NCBI RefSeq assembly: GCF_001949145.1 | Contig: NW_019091359.1 | Coordinates: 3,326,431-3,390,430, forward strand | Length of the DNA: 64,000 nt | Direction of reading: 5' to 3' | Source: Acanthaster planci | Taxonomy: Eukaryota | Shown: positions 36,657 through 48,700 of the stretch, one piece after another | Numbering within the stretch: the first letter of the stretch is position 1 | How the letters are laid out: each line of letters starts with the position of its first letter | Program-made: the position numbers and the translations under genes | The notes under the pieces: model-generated | What the model was told of the DNA's origin: nothing | What the model saw: only the letters and a program-made list of their open reading frames with translations | The model's database searches: none

Positions 36657-38641
36657 TATGGTGTACTATTTACGACACACGTTTCTCTCTCTCTCTTTAG
36701 CCTCCCTCCAGGGATGGTATTATTTCATGGTGTTGTGCCGTTCCGTCTTGCCATCGTATCGTGCCGTCGTGATGTCCTGCCATGCCGTTGTAGCGTCGCG
36801 TCGTGCCGTCGTAGCGTTGCGTCGCCTGTCATTGTATGGTTTTTATGCAGTGTGGGTTAGGCTGTCGTGTCCTGATGTATTGCCGTCGCGTCGTGTCGTC
36901 ACACCGTCGTGTCGTTCTGTCGCGTCGTGTCGTCGTGATGTCCCGTCGTGCCGTTGTAGCGTCGCTATGCAATCTTTGGTTGAGATTATTGTACTTCAAT
37001 CGTCAGATTTCGAAGAAAAACTGAATTCTGCCCCTGGAATGGATAAATTTGGAAAGAATAATGGTTGAGGTGTGCGCAGCAGAGAATTGCTAGAGATCGA
37101 TAGTAAAATCAAATTTGGAAGAAGGAGCAGCTTTTGACATGTGACTCGCACATTCACAAGGTTTCTGCACGCCTTATGCTATAACACTTCGGACTGTTTG
37201 AAATATTATTTATCGGCAAAAGTGGTTTTAAAAACTGAATGAATAATTCGTCGTTTCTTTTCCGCAGATTTCACTACAAAACCTCGAAGAAAACCATGAA
37301 TTGTGTATGTGAGATCTGCAGACGCACTGAACCCAAATCGTGTGACAGACGATGTAATATGAGGGACGGAATATCCATCTTCAGGGCAGAGATGAAACTA
37401 GAGCGACAGCCAGAGACCTGACGTTTTCGTCGAGTGAAGTAATAAACGAGGAAATTCAGTCAACGCAATGAAAAGAAACTTTGTCTAAATTATATAATTA
37501 TTCGTTCTCAATTAACACTGGCCTTTTTCTTTTCAGAAAGTTGTCGTTAAATGTAAATCTTTAGTCAAGTTTGGAACTCATTTTTTTATTTGATTTATAA
37601 CTACTGTGGTGAAAGTGGCACAAACTTAATTAGTTTGGCTCGCAGTCAAAGTTCTGCTCATTTTGGGCTCACAGAAAAGATTCTCACAGTTATCAGTTTT
37701 CAATAAATTTATTCAGTATATGAATGAATTTCAGTACAGTGTTTCCCGTGAGTCTTTAAAATTAAAATTAAGGCTTTTTTTCATTAAATTGACGAAGATT
37801 TTCAGTATTGACTCATTGACACCAGACGGAAAAACAAGTGGACAGTTTGGACATTACAATGTAAAACCTATTGTGGGTCTTGGAGGAACTTTAATGTTCA
37901 CACTCTCAACAAATCACGAATGAACCGACCCAAAGTGACAACATTGCCCGCGCAAGACCGTAGACAAGAGGTGTGAAAAATGAAGAAAAAACAAAACAAA
38001 CAAACAGAAGATCGTTTCAATTTTATGGGGGTTAGCCACGTGATTTTTTTTCTTTTGTTCACCTTTCCCCGAAGATACCCCCAAAGAATAGTAAAACTAT
38101 GCACTCAGCTCTGAATGTAGCCGCCCGCCTCTGTCCAAAATAGGTCCGCAATTTGGGGCTTTTTGTGAAAGAAATAGGAGCCTACCCCGACGTGGAAACA
38201 ATCAGTCCCAAATTCTGGATTTATAGAAATGTTTCTATGATCCCTTCTGATTTTGGAATGTCTTATTGTAAAAGCCCCGTGGGATCATAAAATATTAATG
38301 AGCTCTCGCCCAGGAATCCAACGATTTGATGGAATGCACCCAAAGGGCCTACAAGATTTGTTCATGAAAAATGAAACTGGAACTTAACTCTGTCTCTTTT
38401 GGTCCAGAGCGAAGTTCAGGCGGGAAAAAATGCAATATGGAAAGGACTTAAGACAGCGCGACGGCATGACGCGACGCACGACGCGACGTGTCGTGTGTGT
38501 ACAAACGTAATGGCAAGAAGGCGACGGTGCAACCCAGCGGCACGACGCAAGGGAGCCGTCGTGCCGTCGCGTCGTGTAGCTGCGTCGCCCGGATGGAGGC
38601 TAAAGAGAGAGAGCAATGTTTGTCGTAAATAGTACACCATA
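36657..38641. mobile_element. Non-autonomous long-TIR DNA transposon (IS3EU-like), copy 2, ~2 kb, 6-bp TSD
   Basis: GAAAAC|TATGGTGTACTATTTACGAC ... GTCGTAAATAGTACACCATA|GAAAAC; CG-rich GTCGTGCCGTCG sub-repeats near both ends. Confidence 0.85.
38005..38129. repeat. Dispersed repeat; inverted copy at 43744-43870 in COPG intron 1
   Basis: TTTCAATTTTATGGGGGTTAGCCACG...GTAAAACTATGCACTCAGCTCTGAATGTAGCCGCCCGCC is the near reverse complement of 43744-43870. Confidence 0.85.
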
Positions 38642-38919
38642 GAAAACACAGTTCAAAAGCATCGAAAAACAACTTACTGCTACAACGGCAGAATTCCCGA
38701 CACGCGTTACGCTTGCAGGTGAAGACGGGCCTTGAAACAATAGAGCTTCTGACCGACCCGAAACAGGGAAAAGTGTAGAGTACATTCAGAGGTGCCACCA
38801 GGTATCGCACTCAATTCAACTTAGGACAAGGACTATATACGACTTCTATGCGAGGGATGTAAATGGACCGTCCTCAGGGGAACGCTACTGTCCGTGTTAA
38901 TTTAAAACACGTCTTGTAA

Positions 38920-39299
38920 CCCTAAAAGAGCCAGGGGCAGAATCCGCTTCCAAAATTTTGTCTGATATCGCCGCGGAGCATTTTTTCAGCGGCTGAGCCA
39001 TGAGAGATTTTTGAGTAAATCTTTGCGGTCATTTTGACCGTTTGCAGCGCCCATTTTCCGAGACAGGTCAACCAAACATACATATTTTTTCCACTGTGGT
39101 GCTGAATGGACGCGGGCTGGCACGCGTGTAACCTTGAACTTCAAATGACCATAACAACCAAATCAGCAAAACTTCAGCTTAATGATGAAAAGTGTCTTTA
39201 TGTAGGCCAAGTTTTTAAAAATCGGGCGCGGTACAGCTGAGTTCTTGGGACACCCCCCCCCGGCTGTGAGATGGACCAACATACCCTGCTCTTTGAGGG
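38920..39299. mobile_element. piggyBac-like MITE (degenerate)
   Basis: Ends CCCTAAAAGAGC / GCTCTTTGAGGG (11 of 12 complementary); flanks GTAA and TTGA resemble a decayed TTAA TSD. Confidence 0.55.
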
Positions 39300-42200
39300 T
39301 TGAAAGGGCCATGCAATGAATTTTCTGAGACTTATTTTTTGTGTACTTTTATACTCTACTTCAATGTATGAAAGCTGCCTGAAATCTTAGGCCAAAGTAC
39401 TGAAAAGTGTACTTTTTAATTAAACATTAACAATTATTTTCCAAAGATGTCCAGAATATGAGGGCGTTGTTTCTGTGATGTAAATCGGGGAAGACACTGC
39501 ATGGCTTTTTTATTTTCATTTTCAAATTTCGAACCCCAAATTGATTCTTTGGAAAAAAAAATCTGAGAAAGGTTCCTCATTGGTTTATTGCCATAACCTT
39601 CAAATAGAGGATCAAGAAATGGACATTTTTTATAGCAAAATATTAAAAATATCCTTTTTTTCGTGAGAGGTCGAGGTTCACCTTTGACCGTGACGGAAAC
39701 AGAATCAGTACTGCAATAAAAACTAACCACCAAAGGTTTGGTAATTTTCATGAGAGTGGCTTTTGCCAAGATGTAGACCTACAACTGTGATATTTATGTC
39801 ATTGTCAGTGTAATCGAAATTGCGTAGTTTGTTGTATCAGGCAAGATGTAAAGTGCAAATGCATATGAAATATACATTACTATACGTACACATCGCTGCT
39901 TTTATTTTCAGTATGAAATTCCTCTCGGTTATAAGATAAAACTGCTCTTAATGAGGAATCACTTCTCACCAATAGGAAACTTGCCTCGCAGTGACCTACA
40001 GGTCAAAACTTCTGTGATGCGCGTTTGATGAAATCACGTTTTGACACACATTGTTATCTACTGTACACGTACCTTGTTTAATATCGGTGTAACCAACCAC
40101 TTGACCGCTGAGGGTACCGTAGCACAATAATCATTGTCATCATCTTGTACAAAGGGTTCAAACGTTGGGACAATGTCTATCGAGCATCAAGGTAAGGGGT
40201 TTTATATCCAAAGTAGGGCTCAAAATATAGTTTCCTCTAATTTGAGGAAGAACTGCATGTATACGAGGTACGCGTATTCGGTTATTAGAATGTAGTCGTA
40301 AAAGGTTTCCGACTGGGACTATTGTCTACCCTGTGTATACATTTATATTAAATATACTTTTCCACTTCGGTTTCAACGTAGGGACTTATAACTAAAGTTT
40401 AGTTGGTTTAAGATAATCAGTAATGCATGTGTTTCAACTCGAGCAGAAGTAAGTGTGACCAGACACTACCTCCAATTCTTGTCAACCTCGGATCCCTGTT
40501 TTTCCTCTGTAGGCGCATAAATTACACATGTATTGAAGAAGTCATCTTGTGTGAACAAACCTGGAAGCAATGTTTAATGCCAAGGTCGACAGAAGATGAC
40601 AAGAATCGATTATTAAAATAACTCATTCCACAATATACAAACTTCATGCAAATTAAATAGTAACTCTTTATTTTGAAGTAATGAATTATTCATGTTGCCC
40701 ATATAAATAGTAAACAGAAGCCTGTAATAACGAGCTAAGCATTATTTAATTCGTGAGTGTCATACATTTCCCTGTTTGTTAGCAGTATGGAAAACCTTTT
40801 AAAAATTAAAGCCTACCTTCTGCCTTCCAATCCAAAGTGTCGTTACCTTCTGCCGTGTGGTACAGTTCAAACCTTGTTTGTATTACATGTATTTGTGACA
40901 ATACTTTGTGGAACACGACCGCCGTCAAAAATACTCTGAGCCAACTACGGGAAGGAAACATGTGACTGTAATTGAACTGCGATCCGAATCCCGTGATCTT
41001 TACGCCCACCAACGCGAGAGCAAAGTTCTGAGTAATTACATTGCATCAGAAAGGTCATTACATGTATTGTGTTAATAAAAGGCAAGTTTGACAAGGAAGT
41101 AAACGCGATGTAAATTGCGACAATGTGAGATTCGTTAAAGGATCTAGGAAATGAATATTTCTTATCACTTTTTGTGTATCTCTGTACTCTTCTTCCATGT
41201 ATGAAGACCGTTTGACATATTTTTTGAGATAAGTGAACGGAACGGTGCACTTTTTCAAACATTAAAAATTGTGCTCAGATCACTGCAACATGATTGAGAT
41301 TCGGCGCCTTGGATGACTTCAAAGTTCTGCTCATGAATATGCAAATTGTATTATCATAAAACCAAAGCAGCATCAAAATATGAGTGGGCTAAAATTGCAA
41401 AACAACATTTTAAAATAGGTTAATTGAAACCAAAAGATGCAATTTCAAGGGTTTTTAGTAAAATTGATAAAATATATCTATTTCTTGGTTCCTTTAAGGA
41501 TCATATATGATCAGGGATCGTGTCTGGGTAAAAGCAAAAAGAATGTTCGAATTAGTTGATGGTAGTATTCATACAAAATGGTGCAAATGCTCCCAATATA
41601 TGCATATAAAGCAGGTAAAATTGACTAATTATATAGCGTTCATTAAAAAAAAAACTAACAGGGATGAGTGATTTGTCCCAGTCCCTCATTGCACTTTTTT
41701 CTCCACCCTCCTACTAAAAACGAGGCAAAATAGGCCCATACATTTTTCTCGAAGCTGCTTTGCTATTCGACCCAATGTGACAGAATGTTCAAACGGTAAA
41801 ACGCGATGAGGGGTTTTCGTCTGAATTGATTCGTTTAAACCAAAGCTCTTAATAATAGACCCTAGTCTATGAGTGCATGCATTTGGGTTGGAAGAGTTTT
41901 TGGTTAAAATTATCCTTGTTCAAGTTGAACTCCATTGTAGATTAATATAGGTTTTTTTCAAATGTAACCATTTGGGGTCCGTGGTTATTTCCAGAGAACT
42001 ACAAATGTCTACTATATTTGAAATAGCTTTTACTGTAATGCACATCTGTGATACAATAATAAGTGGATGGAAGGGTTTACAATGATAAACATTAAAAGAC
42101 AAACGAAAATCAGCAAAAAACATTCACCATGGACAGAATTCTAAGCAAATAACAAAAACATCGGACCAAGGGGGGGGGGGGGGAGACGGGGTGGGTTGGG

Positions 42201-42610
42201 ACCGAAGACTTAGACCAAAACAGGGGGCAATCCTGGAGAGGCCTGGCAAGGTAAACAAAAAATATTCATAGGAATATTGAAATACTATTAAAACACACAG
42301 TTTTAAAAATCCTGGAAATGTATCCATGTGTATTGATTATTTTGAGCTACAAGTCTGCCATGGTTATTATAACTCCTTTTTGTTCTATCAACCAGGGTTT
42401 GTTAACCCCTCTAAATGACCGGAAGAAAAAATGAGCGTTGTCAAATAATTTACTGTCTAAACGAAATATGTTGATCTGAAAGAGTGTGAGAAACTACTAC
42501 TTGTAGTGCTTTGTTCTGTTTTGAGTCCGAGTAACGACATGGTCCGACTCCGTTATCGAGTCTGTCCAAGTTTGAGTGCGCCCTCATTAGTCTCAAGAGC
42601 GACGTATAAG

Positions 42611-42618
42611 TGACGTGG
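42611..42618 (+). promoter_or_regulatory. UPRE/CREB3-XBP1-type motif upstream of COPG
   Basis: TGACGTGG 110 bp upstream of the ATG, with further ACGT cores at 42602 and 42628. Confidence 0.5.
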
Positions 42619-42720
42619 AGTACGGATACGTGTCGTGCTTGCTTGCGTGTTTGCTGACTTGGAATAATCACCAAAATTCAGAATAATTTGGTTTAAGGGA
42701 GTTCAGTCCTTGACATCACC

Positions 42721-45700
42721 ATGCATATGCTGAGGAGGGACAAAAAGGATGAGGAAGATGGTGAGATTATCTCAGACGATTTGGGTTTCATGAGCCGGCA
42801 AAATGATGTCGTGTATGCCTGGTCTTGTGCTTTAATTGTGGTCCATTTTCCGGACAGTCTTCATGATGTGTGTAATAAATTACCATAGTATTTAGGCGGT
42901 GGTGTATCAGAGTGTATGTTGTATTTATATTCGCTCTTCACCCGCTGCCCATGCAGGGCACTTGGAAGGCAATGCACTTCACAAGTTTCTGTAGTTTAAA
43001 GGAAATACACCAAAGTGACCACAGGTACATGTACACGTATGCCATGAACACACAAATGACAAATGTCACTTGCTATGCTGTACAAACTAGGGTTTGCCCT
43101 TAACTTTTTTCTCACTTGCCAGTGGGACCAGCAGTGATGGCTTTTTACTAGTCCACCAGCATTTTCACTAGTCCGCGTCATCCCCCAAATTTCAACATTC
43201 TTTTTGGCACTAGTGTTTTCTGCTCCAACATCATGCATAAGTGTGCACTCGGTGCTGACTGTTGTTTAATTGTTGATGAGTAATCATAAATGGTCATGGG
43301 AATCGGAATTTCCAGAATATTCATGAGTATATAACTCTACTCAAGCAGCAAAGTAAACACACAAATTGGTTACCTGCTGAAATGGTTTGTTTCATTCACA
43401 ATCCAAGAGACAGAAAAAAATCATTATGCACAGTTTATGTACATGTACATGTACGTTTTTGCAGTATGCACAATGCACATGTATATGTACACGCACATAT
43501 GTACGCATACACCGTGCCTGACGTAATGTACATAGTACATGTTCATTCTCGACTGTGTCCAGTACCTGTGGGGTATATTCCACCTCACGGTTGTATTTCT
43601 GCGTGTGAGCTCATTAATATTTTGTGATCCCATGGGGACTTTACAATAAGACATGCCATCATCTGGAGGGATCATGAAAATATTTCTATAAATCGCAAAT
43701 TTGGAACTGATAATTTCCAGTTCGGGGTATTTCTTTCAAAAGTGGCGGGCGGCTACATTCAGAGCCGAGTGCATAGTTTTACTACCATTTTGGAGGTATC
43801 TTTGGGGAAAGGCGAATAAAAAAAATTTCGTGGCTAACCCCCATAAAATTGAAATGAAAAGTATCTTCTGGCCACAATCTTGAATTTCCAGTGAAAAAAA
43901 CGTAGGCCAACCTCTTTCCAAGAGTCAACAGGCAGCGCTATTTCGGTCTGATTTTGCAATGTTTTCTACGGGCGCGTATTTGGTGTAGTGCAACCCGTAG
44001 CGTGCGAACCAAACACGAAATCACAACCGTGACATCGCTTGGGTCGCAACTACCTCTGACCAATCAGAAAAATTAGCAATGCATATTCATAGTAATTTAA
44101 TGCGTATGATACACACTAAGTATGTCATATGCGTGGGATGCATATTCATGATTTCATGTACCTCTACGATGCAATGCATGAGAGCACGTGCTGAATGGTG
44201 TTGTCGAGTCGCACCGGCCACACATGGTACAGCAAACGGCCCTTAAATGCGATTGCGCCGCAAAGGCGTTGCAGAACAGAAGTTTCAGGTGATTTATTGC
44301 CGCTGCATTCATCGACTTCAGCATTACTTCTACTGGGCTGGTGCCAGGGACTGAACTATTCTTGGTTGCAAAAAGTCCTATTTTATTTCGTTCAAAAACC
44401 AGCAGTAGCTAGAGGAGGGCATGAATCACAATCAACTATTTGGCCGCCTATTTCAGAATACTGTTTTACTAGACCGCCGGACTACTTAGACAAGGGCTTT
44501 CGCTAGTCCGCCGCCGTTTTTACTTGAATAGCGGACCAGCGTTAAAGTCGGACCCTGCTGTATCATGGGCCATGGCCAGCCGGCTATCACTGACTGTATC
44601 AGATATGTCGTACGGGTTTACATAAATGTTGACCCTTGTTCCGATGAACTCTATCCAGTACCAATGAGTGCTCGACAGAAAGAATGTCATGCATTTGCCC
44701 TTCTTAGTACCCAGTGTGAGTGGCTGGTGACGTCTCCCAAAACTTTGAGTCACACTCCTATGAAATGTTATGACATTCTGAATGTGCCCATTTATTTTGC
44801 CTAAAACTGCACTTTGTCAATCAAATGTTCCCCCAAAATCTCATCATGCATGCTTGATGGGTTTTGATGTGCGTGAGTTATTTTAGGCAAAATTCAGGCC
44901 TTATTTTACTGGCGTTCATTACCATTAGCACCCTGTTCCTAAAATGAGGAAGCAAAATCTACCTTTTCCAACACCTTACATGTACCTATATAAGTTGACA
45001 GTGACATCCTCTTTCATATGAGAAAGAAAACAGAGAAGGGTTTTGGATTTTGAGGGATATTATGGGTAAAACAGCAGCGTAAATGATGCGATGAAGAGCT
45101 GTGAATGAAGACAAATCAGCGCATGTAGTCTGGTTCCTTGACCTGGAACCATAAAAGTTTCTTTTATGACATTTAGTATATCCACAATGGCTAGGTCGGT
45201 TAACAAGATGTGAAACAAAATGGTGTGATGCTGTCATCTTTCCCAAAACTCAGGTAAAAGATTCTGGGTTTTTTGCTTCATATTGTCAAAATTTACCTAA
45301 GCTAGAGCTAGTACTAGTTCTAGGATTAAAGAACGGATCCTTAAGGTCTGAATGTAAGTTTGAAACAGTGGACTTTGTTTTCCATATCATAGGAACCGGG
45401 TGCTAATGGTTATGAACCCCATTTTACTTACAATCCTGTGTCTCTTTTAAAACGATCCACACATTTGAACTGCATACTGTGGCGCACGTCTGTTGACACT
45501 CTGCTGAGTGTATGAAATATGCGGGTGCTCTTTGCATGGTAACCAGGATTGTTTCATGTGTACACATACTGTGCAAGTTGCAACCTTGTGGACAGTCTTA
45601 CTTCATCCCAGAGCAATGTTACCAATCCACCAATCGTTGTCGTGTAAAAGTCTTGCTGTAAGGTGTTTCAAAAGAAGATGTCTAGTGCTTGCCACATTGA

Positions 45701-48700
45701 GGACATTTTGGACATTATTGCTTAAAATTACAAGAAAATTAGGTCAAATCCCCCCAAATCTTTGGCAGATGTTAAAATCCTGAGCCCATTTACACAAGGT
45801 ATAAATGTGCATGCATGTGAGAATCCTAGTCACAGTGCTAACTATTTGTGCATTGAAACCAGTGCAATTTCCTGCAATCTACATGTTTCCCTTGGATATT
45901 TTATAGAATGAGATTATGTGTACATGTCGCTGAATATTTTATTTACTGTTATTGCACAATGTTAACTCTACATGTGTTTGCTTGATTTTTTTCTTCATAT
46001 GTCTAGGAGGCTCTTCCAATCCATTTCAGAATATGGAAAAGAGTGCAGTCTTACAGGAGGTATGTAGAGCTGTCATATGATCCACCGACTAGATAACAAG
46101 AGTTCCAAACCAAGAATTGTTTTTTTCAAAGTATTCATGAATAACGTCGGATTTATAATGTAAAATGATAAACTTGTTATTCAACCATAGAAAATCTGAT
46201 CTGACATCTTTTTGGAAAGGTTTTCCTTCAATTTTCTGAAATAAAGAACATATGTACAGTGGAATAATCTTTTTTTGCATCAAATGCAGCGTACTTGCTT
46301 CCATTTTCAGAACTGGTTTATTCATCCCTTAGAATTATCGGTTTTTCAGACATACCTTCAAACTATTTGCCCATAGACCTTGAAATGGTATGTTGGCTTG
46401 AATTTCATGAATTGCAGAGTACAAAACTGAATTTATTGCTGCCCACATTTTGCTAAGAACGTGTTGTTGACTGTTGTTACCCTGTAGGCTCGTGTCTTTA
46501 ACGAGACTCCCATCAAACCACGGAAGTGTTGCCACATCTTAACCAAGATCATGTACATTCTGAATCAGGTCAGTCTTAAATCTCAGCGTGGTCATGTTGT
46601 TCCATTTCTTTGTTCTGCCTAAGGACAGACAAATTTGCCTGCATAACTGCTGTTTAATCTTTGTTTCACATCGACTGTAAAAAATAAGCAAGGAGAATAA
46701 TGGTCTCATTTACTTTGTAACTTTGGCTGACACCTAGCTTTAGCAGCGACAATGGCAAATGGCCAAATGTAGATGAACTTGTTTTGAATGAGAATGGTTT
46801 TTAATCCGATCATACAAGTCAATCTCCATTTTAACAGAGCAAGCCTTTGTCCATTTTTTCTAATTTCTTTCACATCATACAGGGAGAGCACATTGGCACA
46901 ACTGAAGCCACTGAGACATTCTTTGCCATGACCAAGCTGTTCCAGTCAAATGATGTGAGTCAAATTCAACAACTCTTCAAATTTTAACCTTTTGGCTGTG
47001 TCTCAGCATAGAGTTTGTGCATTGTCAGAAATCACAGTTTTCTTTATTTTCAAGGATTTGCGGTGCTCTAATAGACACCTTGACCTACTTTGCATAATGA
47101 TATTACCTGAAAACATCTTTGTCAATCAGTGTCAAATTCTGCTCTCATCTATTCTTGCAATAGCCAACTTTAAAGCTGCTTGGAAAGTTCAACCCTAAAA
47201 AGTAACGTGAGAGTGGCATAGGGTTTCACTTCAATTTGTTCTGTGGCCTACTTGACAGGTGATGCTTCGTCGTATGGTGTACCTAGTCATCAAAGAGATG
47301 GCTAACATTGCTGAGGATGTGATTATCGTGACTAGCAGCTTGACAAAAGACATGACAGGCAAGGAGGATATGTATAGAGCTGCTGCCATCCGTGCTCTCT
47401 GCAAGATCACTGATGTAAGTTGGTACTGGAGAGCTGTATTAAATTTCTAGAGTGCTAACCCAGCAAGATCACTAATGTAAGTTGGTACCGTGGAGCGGTA
47501 TTAAGTTACTAGAGTGCTAACTCAGCAAGATCACTGATGGAGTTGGAACTCTAGAGCTGTATCAAGTAATTAGTGCTCTAACTCAGCAAGATCACTGGAG
47601 TTGGTNNNNNNNNNNNNNNNNNNNNNNNNNNNNNNNNNNNNNNNNNNNNNNNNNNNNNNNNNNNNNNNNNNNNNNNNNNNNNNNNNNNNNNNNNNNNNNN
47701 NNNNNNNNNNNNNNNNNNNNNNNNNNNNNNNNNNNNNNNNNNNNNNNNNNNNNNNNNNNNNNNNNNNNNNNNNNNNNNNNNNNNNNNNNNNNNNNNNNNN
47801 NNNNNNNNNNNNNNNNNNNNNNNNNNNNNNNNNNNNNNNNNNNNNNNNNNNNNNNNNNNNNNNNNNNNNNNNNNNNNNNNNNNNNNNNNNNNNNNNNNNN
47901 NNNNNNNNNNNNNNNNNNNNNNNNNNNNNNNNNNNNNNNNNNNNNNNNNNNNNNNNNNNNNNNNNNNNNNNNNNNNNNNNNNNNNNNNNNNNNNNNNNNN
48001 NNNNNNNNNNNNNNNNNNNNNNNNNNNNNNNNNNNNNNNNNNNNNNNNNNNNNNNNNNNNNNNNNNNNNNNNNNNNNNNNNNNNNNNNNNNNNNNNNNNN
48101 NNNNNNNNNNNNNNNNNNNNNNNNNNNNNNNNNNNNNNNNNNNNNNNNNNNNNNNNNNNNNNNNNNNNNNNNNNNNNNNNNNNNNNNNNNNNNNNNNNNN
48201 NNNNNNNNNNNNNNNNNNNNNNNNNNNNNNNNNNNNNNNNNNNNNNNNNNNNNNNNNNNNNNNNNNNNNNNNNNNNNNNNNNNNNNNNNNNNNNNNNNNN
48301 NNNNNNNNNNNNNNNNNNNNNNNNNNNNNNNNNNNNNNNNNNNNTAGAGCACTAACTCTGCAAGATCACAGATGTGAGTTGGTTTTCTACAGTTGTATCA
48401 CATAACTAGAGTGCTTACTCAGCAAGATCACTGATGGAGTTGGTACTCTACAGCTGTATCAAACAAATAGAGCGCTAACAATGCAAGATCACTGATGTGA
48501 GTTGGTGAGTGGGTGTGCATATGTTTGCATTGTTTTCACATAGAAAAATTAAATGCCCATTTTTTAATACTGATTTGGGATTTCGGCATAGCAACTATCT
48601 CAACAAATCATTTTAGAATACAAATATAGATTTGCAACTAGTCATATAAAAGCCGTTCAAAATCTGGATTTGTTTGCACAGACACAGATCTACCCACTAG

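Noticed and set aside
39800..42400. Short ORFs and octamer-like motifs upstream of COPG
   Set aside because: No splice-consistent chain or recognisable domain; likely decayed repeats.
47570..48352. Long poly-X ORFs (also 55472-56290)
   Set aside because: Artefacts of N gaps.
47401..48505. Possible CRISPR-like array
   Set aside because: Whole units are homologous with no unique spacers; eukaryotic intron; no cas genes.
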